A stretch of DNA of 64,000 nucleotides from Callorhinchus milii. Taxonomy: Eukaryota. The translations under genes were made by a program, and so were the position numbers. Shown here in pieces: positions 12,689 to 26,700 of this stretch (the stretch's first letter is position 1; every line of letters starts with the position of its first letter). The stretch is from NCBI RefSeq assembly GCF_018977255.1, contig NW_024704742.1:124622001-124686000 (forward strand), written 5' to 3'. The notes below the pieces were generated by a model, which worked only from the letters and a program-made list of their open reading frames with translations, had not been told where the DNA came from and searched no databases.

Positions 12689-13284
12689 TTAATAAAAATC
12701 CTCATCACACAATTGCAATATTAAGTACAAAAAAGAAAGAGGTAATGTATGACAAAATTCCCTTGAACTGTAGATACAGTAGTAGACAAGTTTTGGCAAG
12801 AAAGCCACCTAATAAATAAAAGCATTGATGCAGACAACAAACACTCCTCAAGATAATTTTTTATTAAACAAAACAGTTGTATCAGTGCAAATAGCAAAGT
12901 CCTCAGCAGTACGCTATAGCTTGCCTTATAGTGCATTCATCTAGACAACCTGAACATCCAACACACTTGGGTTCACAATGGATTTGGCAGTGACTTTTTA
13001 AGCACACTGTACGTTCAGGACAAATGCAGAAAAAAAGGCAGAAATGTTGCTGCACATAAAATTCAATCTAAGTGTCACATTATAATAATAAAAAAATGTT
13101 AGTACCAGACTTGAAAACCCCAGTTATTTTATTGAAGAGCACTCTTAATTCTAAACAACTATTTTTTAAAATCTATATTATTCCCATAGACAAACTGTAC
13201 AAAACCCCAACCCTTTCTTAATCTAGCACAAAGAAAAACTTTTATATCAGTTATACCACCAGCCCTATAACTTTACACACACAC

Positions 13285-13672
13285 TGGTGTCGTCTCCACT
13301 GACCCAGTTTCCCAGCGGATCAATTTCAAGGTCATCGTCCTCACCTACAGATCTGCTCACTGACTGGCACCTCCTTATCTCCAATCTCCTCCCACCCCTC
13401 TCTGCTCATTCACTCTAATCAGCTAAGTCTCTGACTCACTCTGTGACACCATCGGCCAAGCCCTCTGTTTCTATGCCACTGACCTCTGGAACTCGCTCTC
13501 TCTACCACTAAACTTGCCTCTCCGTGTCTTTAAATTCCACCTCAAGTCCTATTTCTGAATGTGTCCATGGCCACTTCCACCTCCCCCTCCCTTGCTCAGT
13601 GTCCAATCCCATCCCTGTAAAGCGCTCTGCTACATTACCCTATTTGAAAGGTGCTATGTAAATGCAAGTTGT
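13285..13672 (+). mobile_element. Old L2 3' fragment inside the putative ITGA2 3' UTR
   Basis: ctccactgac...ttcaaggtcatcgtcctcacctac...ctctggaactc...aaggtgctatgtaaatgcaagttg. Confidence 0.75.
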
Positions 13673-14693
13673 TTTAATTATTTCTTGCTGTGGCTGTAGT
13701 TTTTCATCTCGGCTGTGTGAATAGGGTGCTACTTGGATACTATTTGGGCCAAGAGTCCTTATAAGATGTACCTGAATCAGTTTTTGAGGGAACTATAATA
13801 ATGTTAAAAATTCTAATCTGCAGTCAAATGTGTTATTTGACAGATTACACTGGAACTCTGTTTTCAGTAGGTCAGGAAATAATAGGATTCCACTGTAGCC
13901 ATAAGATATATGATTTACAAAATATACAGAAATAAGTATTAAATTAATACAGGTATCCAAGACTAGGGTCACAATGCAGCTTGCATTATGGTGCAGAATT
14001 CCACATGTTGCATCTTTTATAGCGTGAAATTATTGCCTGTTCATTGTATCCATGTGACTGCTATTCCATCATTGGTCAGAGCTAATGTTTTTGCTTGAAC
14101 AAAAATACTTGGCCATATTGCACGCAGAATATGTACACTTCACACAGCCTAAAGAGTACATTATTTTGTCAACAAAATATCCAGTCAATTCACTTTACAG
14201 TATATTCTGTGAACCGCTTTGAGACGCCTTGAAGACGTGAAATGCAAGGATTATTATTCTCAGTGTTAAATTGCACTTGAAACATTCAAAAATGTAAGTT
14301 TCAATTTTTGTCTCTGATAGTTAATGCAGTGTGCAGTAAAAGTGAGATAGCTATTGATATCATTTCACCCATGAAAAATATTGCTCTCAAAATCAATGAA
14401 ATATTTCAACTTTTTTTTAACCTTTCATGTGTTGCTCAATTCAAGTACCTGTGAAATCTAGAACATTTAAATTACATTTGTCAAGTTTATGCCTCCTGCA
14501 CATTATCAAAACTAACCATTCTGGAATGTAAACAATGAATACATCCCCAACCCCACTGATATAACAGCACTGTTTGGTGTTTGGTACTGTGTAAGTGTAC
14601 CAGCATTTGTTTCCAGGCAGGTTCAATAATTCGTTCCATAAAGTAGTCCCACAGAACAAAGAGCCACCCATTCACAGTGAAGACAGGCAACGC

Positions 14694-14780
14694 TCAAGAT
14701 TCTTCGGGGGAATTGGTAAGGCTGTCGTTTTCCTCTTCATCCTTTATCAGTTTGTTGTATTTCCTTTTGAAGAAGCCAAG
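14694..14780 (-). CDS. ITGA2: ITGA2 exon 30 (cytoplasmic tail)
   Basis: catag|[28 protein letters not shown]. Confidence 0.96.
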   Translation of the reverse strand, partial: LGFFKRKYNKLIKDEEENDSLTNSPEES

Positions 14781-17700
14781 CTATGAAACATTAAAAAAAA
14801 ACGCTGATTTCATTTCAGAGAAAATATAAAGTCTCAATAGGTTTAGACACAGCAATTACCATCTATTGCCACTTCCCATAAAGAGCTCAGTTATAAATCG
14901 CGATTTGGGACAATCTTCAAAAACACAACTGAGAGGATTATTTTTTTTAAAAGTTAGTGTGTCTGATTACTTTTCTAATTTCTTCTCTATTGACATAGGG
15001 TCCTCAGCCTCCTCATGCTGTTGCCTCCCGCTATCCTGCCCAAGTGGCCATTGATCACATGTGGGGACATGGCAGTCAGTTTCAGCACACCGCTCGATCT
15101 TAGAGTGTTACAGCTAAGCTTGATCTCTCCTCACGAGGCTGTCACACATACATACCATCAGTAGAGGGTGCTGCAGAGAGACCAGGAGCAGGAACCCTGA
15201 CTTTGGAATATTGTATTTGAGCTCTTGCGATATTGTGTGATCCTGGTCCTCACCTTCAAAGCCCTCCACGACCTTGCTCCTCTCTATCTCTGAGACCTCT
15301 TAACCATCTGCCATCCTGCCTGCTCCCTCCGCTCAGCGGGTTCCGGCCTGCTTCACGTTCCCCGCCTCGCCCGTCCCACCATTGGCGGGCAGGCCTTCTG
15401 CCTCTCTGCCCCCACCCTCTGAAACTCCATTCCACAGTCCGTCCACCTCGCCCCCTCCCTTGTCTCCTTCAAGACCCATCTCAAGACCTTCGTCTTTGAC
15501 CGTGCCTTTGGTCACCCTCTTACCTCTACCCTCTAATAATAATAATCCTTGCAATTGATATAGCGCTTTTCACGACTTCGAGATGTCTCAAAGCGCTTCA
15601 TAGAATATACTGTAAAGTGAATTGACTGTATATTTTGTGGGCGAAACATGGCTTCCCCGCCTTCTAGAACCTCCTGGTCCCAACCACCAGCTTGGGTCCA
15701 GACCCCTGACTCTCCAGCGCCTTGGGATGTCCTCCTGACGTGAAAGGCACCATACAAGTGTCATTTGTTGTTGTTGTTCTGCATGCCAATGACCTTCCAG
15801 TTCTTTGGACACAGGTAGTGATGCCACCACACTCAGTATTGGAAAGTGGCTCAGTTGCAGAGAATGATGTACTATCTTTGTTTATCTTAGGGTTCTTTGA
15901 TTAATGTATGTTCCCCCTTTGATATTTGTATCCTTCCACAGGAGTAATATCCACTTGTCTGTCCCAAATACTCATTCCCACTTGCTGGACTGAGCCTTTG
16001 ATGCCATTATAATCAAGATCTTTCTTGTTATAAGTTCTATAACTTGCTGTCCTGTCCCAGAATTCGTCGCCAATGTCAGGCATGAATAAGTCTTCTATGG
16101 TTCTCCTTAATTTAGCCCTTCTCATGACGCACTACAATGCCTAACTTGAGTTTCTATGTTCTATTGATGTTTCTATTGATTGTCCCTATAATCTTATCTC
16201 AGGAGTGTGACTGTTGCAAAGAGCTTTCTTATTGTTGTGATATTGTGATGGCATTTTTCTTTTATTTGCATAATTTCACATTTTGTTTCTTCTTTTCGTA
16301 CATCCTAACAATTGATTCATAACTTACCAAACAGAAAAGTTTAAAAATGAAAGGTTTTGAGATACGTCCAGTCTAGGAACCAGGTGACAAACTCTGTGAA
16401 AGGAAGAAGTTACTTACTTTCCACAAGACAGCAATCAATACTGCAAGTAAAAGCAATCCTCCGATCGTACTTCCCACAATCACTCCTGTAGGAATGTCTT
16501 TTTTTCCAACTGGATTGGTTATTGTAATCGGAATCTAAAAGTCAAAATAAAAAGTACTGTTATAATTTGGTCACCCATCTATGACGGTGTGGGACACCGC
16601 TGTGCGCAATCGGTTTCACCCACAAAATATACAGTCATTTCACTTTAGAGTATAGTCTGTGAAGCGCTTTGAGATACGTGACGTGATAAGGCTCTAAATC
16701 AATTGCAAGAATTATGTTATATCTCAGCCCTGTTCAGTGGTTCTATTAAACTTGCAAAATCTGCAATAATAATAATAATCCTTCCATTTGATATAGCGCA
16801 TTTTCACATCTTCAAGACGTCTCAAAGCGCTTCACAGAATATACTGCAAGGTAAATTGACTGTATATTTGTGGGCAAAATCAATCAATTGGAACTAAAAC
16901 AAAGTTCAGTTTTGGAACCCAGATAGCAATAGTTTTTTTTCCAGACATTTACATTCCTTTGCTTCTAATGTAGCAAATACTCTGTTTTCCACATTAATGA
17001 AATAGATGGCATTAATAATTTATACTTACTTGAATCCAATACAGTAGGCGATTCTTTAACTTTTAGTACATTTACTGAGCTTATCAAATAAGTGGATGTG
17101 ATTCTTCACTGCTTGGTATATGTACTGATTTTAGCAATGTGAGTTTATAATGGGATTTTTGCAATTTAATTCACACCTGATTTATATGTACCAATCAGAA
17201 TAACGTGCACTGGTTTACCAAGGTAATTTGTCAGAGAATTATATCCATTATTTCACTTCAAAATAGCATTTGAACACTTAGTCCTTTAAAATGAGATGTT
17301 ATACTGAGTTTCTGTCTGCCTGCTTATTTGGCTGTTAAAAATCTCATGGTAATAGTCAAAACGAGAAGGGGGATTCTCCAACAATTATTTGGTCATTTAC
17401 ATCATGGCTGTTGGGAAATTGCTATTGCATTTGCCTACAAAATACCCAGTCACTACACTTTACATGAAATCCTGTTAAACGCTTTGAGATGTCTGCCGAT
17501 GTGAAAGATGCTGTATGAAATGCAAGGATTTATTTATTTGATTGATTACAAAATCTTGTATATCACAGTGAGATTTAATTATTGGCATTTAATTATTATC
17601 AGTTGAAAATATTGCTTGTGTATTGGAAGGATATTGAATTTCTTCCTCATGTTCTCTTAAGTTCTTCATTACTCAAGATTTAATAATAATCAGTTAATTC

Positions 17701-20700
17701 CAGTAATAATATATAATACAATAATAATCCTTGCATTTGACATAGCACCTTATCACGTCGTTGAGATGTGTTAAAGAGCTTCATAGAATAAATTGTAAAT
17801 GGATTGACAGTGCAATTTTTTTGTGGGTGAAGAGCGGCAGCCAATTACGCACAGCAATGTCCCACAAAGAATTGTGAATTGAGCAATCACATTCATTTTT
17901 AGGGAATTATTAACCCCGGAAGCGATCTACCAATTGCCTAGCAACCGGGACTCCATGGTTTCATTAGTAATGTGGGTTTATCAATCATTCAAGTCATTAC
18001 TTTCATTCTTTTTTTGGTAAACAATTTTCTGCTCCTTAATTCATTTTTGCTTTTGTTGAGATTTGATTCCATGAGATTGCCCTCAGGCACATCATCCAAG
18101 TGGCCATTATTTATGTCTGATCTTCAGTAATTGAGTGTCAGAAGGTTATTCAAAGGCTGGGGAGTGGGCTAGAGAAGAGAAGATGGATCACAGCCTTGAT
18201 TCTAATCTCATTCAGCATCCACACAGCAGTTGTCGCGAGTTACAAATCAGGTGGGAACCCTGGTTTCTCCTTCCTAATCCAGGACACTGATGCCAGTTGT
18301 AGTGCCTCCCTGGTTGAGAACAGCTAACTTAACATACATCAAGGATTTGAATGGACATTAAAAGTCTACCTACCGTCAGAGTGCTGTTTCTGATGATCAA
18401 TAAGGATGGTTGGTTTGTTTGAATTTCTGCATTTGCAGTGAGCGTTAGCGATTGTAAGGAAGCCTGTAGAAAATAGGAGAGATATATTGACTGACTTTTC
18501 AGATTCATCAATTCCATTGCAATAAATGATTATGAGAAGACCACAGCCCTTTTAAAAACATCAGTCTTGTTTAAAGGATTTCTTTTAAAAACAAAAGGCA
18601 AGTAAATCTACAGAGTGCCATCTGCTTTGTGCTAGTCACAAATTGGTGTTTAAAGAGTGAATCCTGCAGATACATGAACGTACAGTGTCTGAAACTGATT
18701 CTCGTAGACAATCCTGGGCACCAGGAATCATAATCTGGTTTCATAGAATTAAACCTGAGATCTGCGTTTCATCAGCAAGTTAGAGGTCAGTTTTAGATGA
18801 TCCTGGTATTTACAGGATCTATAATTTACAAGGAAAGTCACAAGTTGCTTCAAGTAGGAGAATCTCAAATATTTCTCTTCTGATTCGCCTTCTTAACTAC
18901 CATTTAATTATAATTAGTATTTATCTTACTATTAATAAAACGTAATAATACAATTATTAATATTGCTATTAATTAAATTATTAATAAAAATGGGTAAAGT
19001 GGGAGTAAGGTAGAGATATTGAGGCAAAGTGGTTTGGGTAGAGTTGCTGAAGGCATGCCTGTTGATGGCGAAGGAGTTTGGGGGATGCGAAAAAGGCTCG
19101 ACCAACCATGGGGGGTGGGGGTAGCGAGGAGTAGGATGTGAGCAGATTGGAGAGGTAGGGAGGTGCTAGGGTATAAGGTGATTTATAGGTGAGTGTGAGG
19201 GTCTTGAAATAGATCTGTTCTACAATACACAAACTACTGTAACTTCAACATGTGATTTAAACGTTTACATCTACGTAGACCTTCAGATAGTTTCCACAAA
19301 ACACTTCAACATGTGATCTGTCTATACACTGGACAGAAGCAAAATCAGTGTTGTGATGATCTGGTTCTTTACACTTCATCCAATAAATATTTCAGGAATT
19401 TCCACGTATAGGTGAGATGCATGGAACTCTCAGTTTGGTTTGGCAACTCTTAAGCATGTCGATACTAAGCATGGGTGTTCAAGGTAGATAGATCACCCGA
19501 TCCAGACGGGATGCATCCTAGGTTACTAAGGGAAGTAAGGGTGGAAGTAACGGAGGCTCCGGCCACAATCTTTCAATCCAATCCTCCTTGGACACTGGGC
19601 TGAGGACTAGAGGGTTACAAATGTTACTCCCCTGTACAAAAAGGTGCAGAAGGATAAACCCGGGAATTCCAGGCCAGTCAGCCTAACGTCAGTAGTGGGG
19701 AAACTTCTTGAGAATATAATAAAACAATTATTAATATTGACATGGGCTGCAGAGTTCTGGATGAAGGAGTGGAGAGGGTGAAGAAGGTAGTGCAGTTGAT
19801 GTAGCTTATATGGATTTTCAAAAGATGTCTAATAAAGTGCCACATAAGAGACTTGTAAGCAAAATAGAAGCCCATAGTATTAAAGGGACAGTGGCAGTAT
19901 GGATGGAGACGGAAAGCAGAGAGTGGTGGTGAACAGTTGTTTTTCTGACTGGAGGGAAGTGTGCAGTGGTGACCCCAGGGGTCAGTATTGGGACCACTGC
20001 TGTTTTTGATCTATATAAATGACTGGGACTTGGGTATGGGGAGTACAGTTTGATACTAAGCTAGGGAAAGTAGTAAACAGTGAGGAGGATAGTAGCAGAT
20101 TGCAAAGTGATACATTTTGGGAGGAAGAATGAGGAGAGACAATATAAGCTATATGGTAGAAAATTAAAGGGGATGAAGGAACAGAGAGACTGGGGATTCA
20201 TATAAGCAAATCTTTGAAGGTGGCAGGACAAGCTGTTAAAAAAGCATACGGGATACTAGGCTTTATAAATAGGGGCATAGCATACAAAAGCCAGGAAGTT
20301 ATGATGAATCTTTATAAAACACTGGTTAGGCCTCAGCTAGAGACTGTGTTCAGTTCTGAGCGTCACACTTTAGGAAGGATGTCAAGGCATTGGAGAGGGT
20401 GCAAATGAGATTTATCAGGATGGTACCAAGAATTAGGGACTTCAGGTGTCAGGAGAGGCTAGAGATTCTCCTTGGAGCAAAGAAGGTTAAGACGAGACTT
20501 ATTAGAAATTTTAAAAATTATGAGAGGATTCAATAGGGTGAACAAGGAGAAACTATTTCCACTGGCAGGTGAGGGCACCAATTTAAAATAGTTGTTAAAA
20601 GAACCAGTGGGGAGGTAAGGAGAATTTTTTTCGCACAGAGAGTTGAGTTGTTTGGATCTGGAATGCATTGCCTGAAAAGGTGGTGGAAGCCGATTTGATA

Positions 20701-23700
20701 ACAACTTTTAAGAGAGAAGTATTTTGGGAGGACAAGTCTGCAGGGCTATGGGAAGATCGGGGTGGGATTGATGTAGGTAGCTCTTTTCAAAGAGCCGGCA
20801 CAGACAAGATGGGCTGAATGGCCTCCTTCTGTGCTATATAATTCTATGATTCTATACCCGGCTGAACTAAAAAAAAGTTATACTTACAGTTAGAAATGTG
20901 CCACTCCAGATCCTTGATGTGATATTAATTGAATATTGCTTATTCTGTTCAAGGTTATTAAAAGAGCACATAAACTTTTCACATTGTGCTGTTTCACAGT
21001 TCTGTCAGAAAAAAAAGAAACATATCTCACAAAATTAATCACAAAAATTTGTGAACCATGAATCTCTTGCAAGTAAACTAGTTTGGTTAAACAGAGGCTT
21101 TTTTCTTTTAACAGCAATTTATTTTCTCCAGTGTTGTGAATAAACTTAACCTCACAGTTAGAATTTGAGTCTGCAAAAATGTGTGCTTAGCTACTAAAAT
21201 GTGAGAAAATATTCTAATGAGAAGGACAGTTTAACAACAAGTATGTACTAAATATAAAACACAATATTTACTTGACTGGATCAAATCTGAAATAACTGCT
21301 TGGTCTATACATTTGGTCATTCACTTCATGGCTGTGTGTGTGACATTGCTTTGCGTAAATTGGCTGCCATATTCACCCACAAAATACACAGTCACTACAC
21401 TTCACAGTATATCTGTGAAGCAACGTGTACAGTACAGTATAGCTGTGAAGCACTTTGGGATGTCCTCCCAATGTGAAAGATGCTATACCAAAAGTAAGGT
21501 TATTATTATTGTCTGTTTAGTTAAAACTAGATTAGCTTACCAGATCTTTCACATTTCGAAGGTTCTCTTCTGAAAAGGTTGCAGTGTAAGGTTGCTGTTT
21601 TATTTTCAGGCTATCAAGTTTCACTTCGCAAAATAAGTTGCTTCCCTGCAAATCCATTTTTAAAAAGTTGCATAAATAAATCCCATTAATTACCCTTGGA
21701 ACATATATTGTTAATGAACTTCAGTGGTGAATGTGGAAGTTATGTCAACACTGCGACCCTGGTACAACTCCCAACACAGATGTCATTGTCCTTTCCTAAA
21801 TTGTTGCTAAATGTTTGCAATTTCATCCCAGTAGAAATTAGCAAACATCGCAAAAAAGTCCGAAACTTCACACTGATCGAATAAACTCAAAAAGTTTACA
21901 AAAGAGATTGTGTGAAAAATATAAAAGCCATATAGTAGTGCAGTAAAAGTTGCTATTTGGATGTTGGGTCATTGCATTGCCTCCTCACCTCAGGCGCTGA
22001 TAGCATCATCACCATCCATGGTTGCACACTCCACCTTGCTTAGCCAGTCCGAAACCTTGACCCTCGACTATCCTTCCTACCCCACATCTACAACATGACC
22101 TGCTCTGCCTTCCCCACCTCTGCAACATCGTCTAGCTCTGACACTGTCTCACACCGCAGGCCGCCAAAACCCTCATACATGCATTCATTACATCGAGGGT
22201 CGACTATGCAAACTTATTGCTTGTCGGCCTCCCCAACTCCTCCCTCCACAGGCTGCAGATCATCCAGAACTCTGCAGACCTTGTCCTCTCCCGCACGAGG
22301 CTCCGCGACCCTATCACCCCCATCCTCGCCCGACTCCACTAGCTTCCCATCACACAGAGGATACAGTTCAAGATCCTAATCCTCGCCTTCAAAGCCCTCC
22401 ACGGTCTTGCTCCCCCTTACCTCTGTGACCTCCTAACTCCCTCCCATCCTGTTCGCTCCCTCCACTCAGCTGGCTCCAGCCTGTTGTTGTTGTTGTTACA
22501 TATAAACAATGTGTTTGATTCTGTCAGAGTTTAAAGCAGCAATGTCAAGCTATGCAGTTTTAGCTGGTTAGACTCCAGCAGTGCATCAACGCACACTCAG
22601 GGGTCCTCATCCTTGGTTCTTGCCAACCTGCGCCTAATTCTTTACGGAATTAGGTAAGCAGGATGTGTGCATTCACTTCCAAAAATCTATCTCTGGGATT
22701 TCCATGTGTAGGTGGGATGCATGGAACTCTCAGCTTGGTTTGGATACTCTGAAGAATGGTGATGGGTTTCCGCATGTATCAGATACCCCAAAAAAGTAAG
22801 TCTGTCAGTCCTGCTACGCTTTATCTTGATAATTACAATGGGATGGCAAAATGCATATCTCGCTAATTCTGTGTCTCTTCCCGAGATAAATATAATCAAA
22901 AGGCCTCGGACAACTAATTACAATGTTATAATAATAGAAGACAATTAGAAAATAAATACACTCACTATAAATATATATTTGGAATTCATCATATTGTCAA
23001 AATGTTGTTAATTAACCTCTGGAGGGATTACAAAGTTACTTTGTTTTGTTATGATCCACAACAGAGTGGTTACAATCTTTCTTTGAGTCTGAATAATATA
23101 AGCAGCCTATGAAACACTTCTGTTTACGGTGATAAAATTATTGTGATTAAAACAGATTCTTCGTGAAAAATCATGGAATGTTGCCAGTTTGAGATTTCCC
23201 AGAAATATTCCGGTAGATAGATACTTGCTTCAATTCATTAAATATATTTTCCACAAAAAAATTTTTGAATGTGAAGTGCTGATATTGGCTGATATTTTAA
23301 TAGTATCAGTGATATAAGAGATCATTGTTTCAGGGCAATATTCAGGCAGACACCTGCAAGCAGATACCTTTGTACAGTAGTTCATTACAGGTTTTAGTTA
23401 AGTATTGAATAAAGACGTACCTGATTTGTTTTTACATCCGTAAGATACAGAAGATGATTGTTGCCCTTGGTTGTCACTGGTATTTCAACAGTAACAGTTG
23501 CAACATTGATTGGGAAATGTCCAGTGTTAACCTATTTTTTAAAAAAAGTACAGAAATTAATTGTATTGCCAAATCACATTAGCTACTATCCATTTTCTGA
23601 TGCAACAATCAAGATATGGAATACACATCTAATTCATACAGATCTAAACCTTGTTAAGATAATATTGTAGGACAGATTGGTTCAGTACACTTCAAAGTGT

Positions 23701-26700
23701 ACAGAATTTGGCAAATACAGTCTTAATTTTAAAGTGGGTTTTCTGTAACTTCCTTTAAAACCAATTAGTTTAAGTGTCATATACTTACTTTGAGTGTAAT
23801 CATGTATTCTGGACCAATGTCATCAAAGGTAGTTATTGTTGTGACAGCTTGTTTGCCAGAGTCAATTTCATAGAAATTTAAGTTGGTGTCCCTACAAATA
23901 TAAAAGAAGACATTTAAAGCTGTGCATACATATGGAGGCAGTGGATTGCCCCACACTACAAATTTATCTTAACACTTAATTACATTAATTTTATCAGTAA
24001 CTTCTGGACAACTTGTCTGTGTACATTGACTTAAAAGCCTGGAATAAGAAAAGACTGGCAAAGACCTAAGATATAATAATAATAATAATACATCTGATAT
24101 AATGCCTTATCACGTCTTCGAGATGTCTCAAAGCACTTCACAGAATATACTGTAAAGTGAATTGACTATATTTTGTGGGCGAAACGCAGCAGCTAATTGC
24201 GCACAGCAGTGTCCCACAAACAGTCGTGGATTGAGTGACCACATTTTTTTCTAGATCGGGCATATCAGGGACTCTTGATACTTGAGCTTCTGATGTGATG
24301 TTCTGTAGAAATACTTCCTGAAACCTAAATATAATCAAACATAACTCCAGAATAGTTATCTATCTCCACATCACTATTCTCAATCCCAGCCGGCTGCTCC
24401 TCACAGACGTTTCATCACTGAATCCAGTCTCAGCAGCAGCAGCACATGAGTCCTCACAGTTGATCAGAAAACAAATGTTCATTTTCACATTTAAAGCCCT
24501 GCATGGTCTTGCCCCTCCCTGCTCTGTGACCCGCGAAAACTTTATCTAAGTGAACATTCCCTCCGCATTGCCCCCCAACCTGTCGGTCTGTTAGAATATG
24601 ATATATGTAACGAAATGTTGTAAGGCAGGGCCCCATCAAATTATAAGCGTTAAGTTGTTAATCTTGCTTATACGGAGTCCTGCAGCTCAGTGGTTAGAGC
24701 ACTCGCCTTGCAAGCGAGACACCTAGGTTCAATTCCAGGCAGGACGAAACCTTGGGCAAGTTTCCTGACTCCACACGCCTAATAATAATCCCTCCAAAAC
24801 CAAAACAATAATAAATTGGTCACTTTCAATCCACGACAGTTTGTGGGACACTGCTGTGTGCAATTGGCTGCCGCGTTCACCCACAAATATACGGTCAATT
24901 CACTTTACAGTATATTCTGTGAAGCGCTTTGAGACGTCTAGAAGACGTGAAAAGCGCTATTTTAAATGCAAGGATTATTATTATTATATGAATCAAATTG
25001 GCGAATAACACCATTTTGTACCTGAACCATCACAAACATCTGTTAATAACATAAATACTTTTCTCTCAGTTAAGAGGAAGTGGTCGGCATGAAAGGTTGA
25101 AGTAAGACAATCACTGGCCTTGGGAGGAAGGAGATAAACTGTCACGCACTCATAACTAACAAGTATAGTCAAACAAGCTATTGTGTAGTCGAAATTACCC
25201 GGTTCCTGAGTAAAACAGAAATGACAATACCCCTGACCCTTTGCCCAGTGGCAAGAGGTCTACACAGTCTGCATGCCTAATAATGGATTGAATGAATAGA
25301 GAGGCATAAAACATGTCATGGGTAAGGTAGGAAAGGTTGCCGGCTTACAGCAGCAGACTTGGCAGGGAACGAGGCACCCACAGGCGGAAGGCCAAAGCAC
25401 GCTGACTGCTCAAGAACCGGTAGTATATGTTTTATGTTTTCTCTTTTCTGTACTCAGTATTTGAATAAACATAGTTAACCACAAACTTAATACTGTCTGG
25501 TCATTCGACTTGAGCCATAGGATCTCTTATCCTAACAGGCTCCACCATTGGCAGTGAGGTCTGGAACTCGATCCCAGGGTCCCTTCACCTTGCCCTCTCC
25601 TTCGTTCTTGAAGATTTTAATCAGGCCATCTCTTGGCTCTAGTGAAAAAGCTATCAAGTTACTTCTCTGTACGTTTTTCAACTCCATACCTTAAGAAGAG
25701 AATTTCACTGTCATACTGCACATTAGCAGTAACTTGTGCTCTGTTGTCATTCATAGTCGCTTGCTGTTCTGCACTTTCGCTGTAAAATAAAACAGCTACA
25801 CATATTATTCTGAAACTTCTAAACAGTAAAATTGGCAGAAATGCAAACCAGTGGTAAGAAATGTCAAAACATTTGTAATCCATATGTACCTTTCGACACT
25901 GAAGTCCAATACAACCTCTTTCTTTGGTTCTTTGAGGTTAAAATCCAAATTGATCTGAAAAGAGACCTATTGACATGCAAAAATAAAGAATAAATGTAAT
26001 GTATTTAACATTTTGACTATTAGTCTTTACTATCTCCCAGACTCGGAAGTAAGAGTCCTACCCACTGAGCCAGGTTGACACACATGGAATTCTAGACCCA
26101 ACTGGAATTTGTTCCCATATGTATCTTAGATTTCCTTGTCATTTCATCAATTCATTCAATTGTTCCAAAAAACATCCAAAAATATTTACCTCAGCTCCTT
26201 GCCTCAGTACTGGGTGCCCTACATCACAGGTTACTGACGTTTTTTCCATACTTCGACAAAGTACTTCAGTCGCACCAAACTGTTTTCCAGAAGAAAGTAT
26301 TATAAAAATGAATCTATGATTAATTTAATACTTCTAAATATTTGATAGAGCAGTATCCAGCAGGAAAGTGAATACATAAAACAAATGGCAAGTGCAACAC
26401 AATTTCTCATAGCCACAAAACTACACAGGAGACCAATAATGTTCTTTCAGCTGACACAACACTGAGACAATCTGATCCTGTGAAAGGTAGTTAATAAACC
26501 ATATGAGAATGGTCCAATGTAAATTACTTGCTTCAGTGTTTCCCTTACGTTCTGTGGGAAAATACTCAACCTCTACTGAGTGACTGACAGACCAATTCAG
26601 ACTAGACATTCCAGGTAGGGAATCACAGGGCCAGAATGAATAGAATAAACCTGAATCTTCAAAATTTACAGCACAGAACGAGGCCATTCAGCCCATTGAG

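Noticed and set aside
15158..15173. Second CTCF-like motif TCAGTAGAGGGTGCTG
   Set aside because: Mismatches at key core positions, and it lies in sequence resembling an old repeat also seen near 18090
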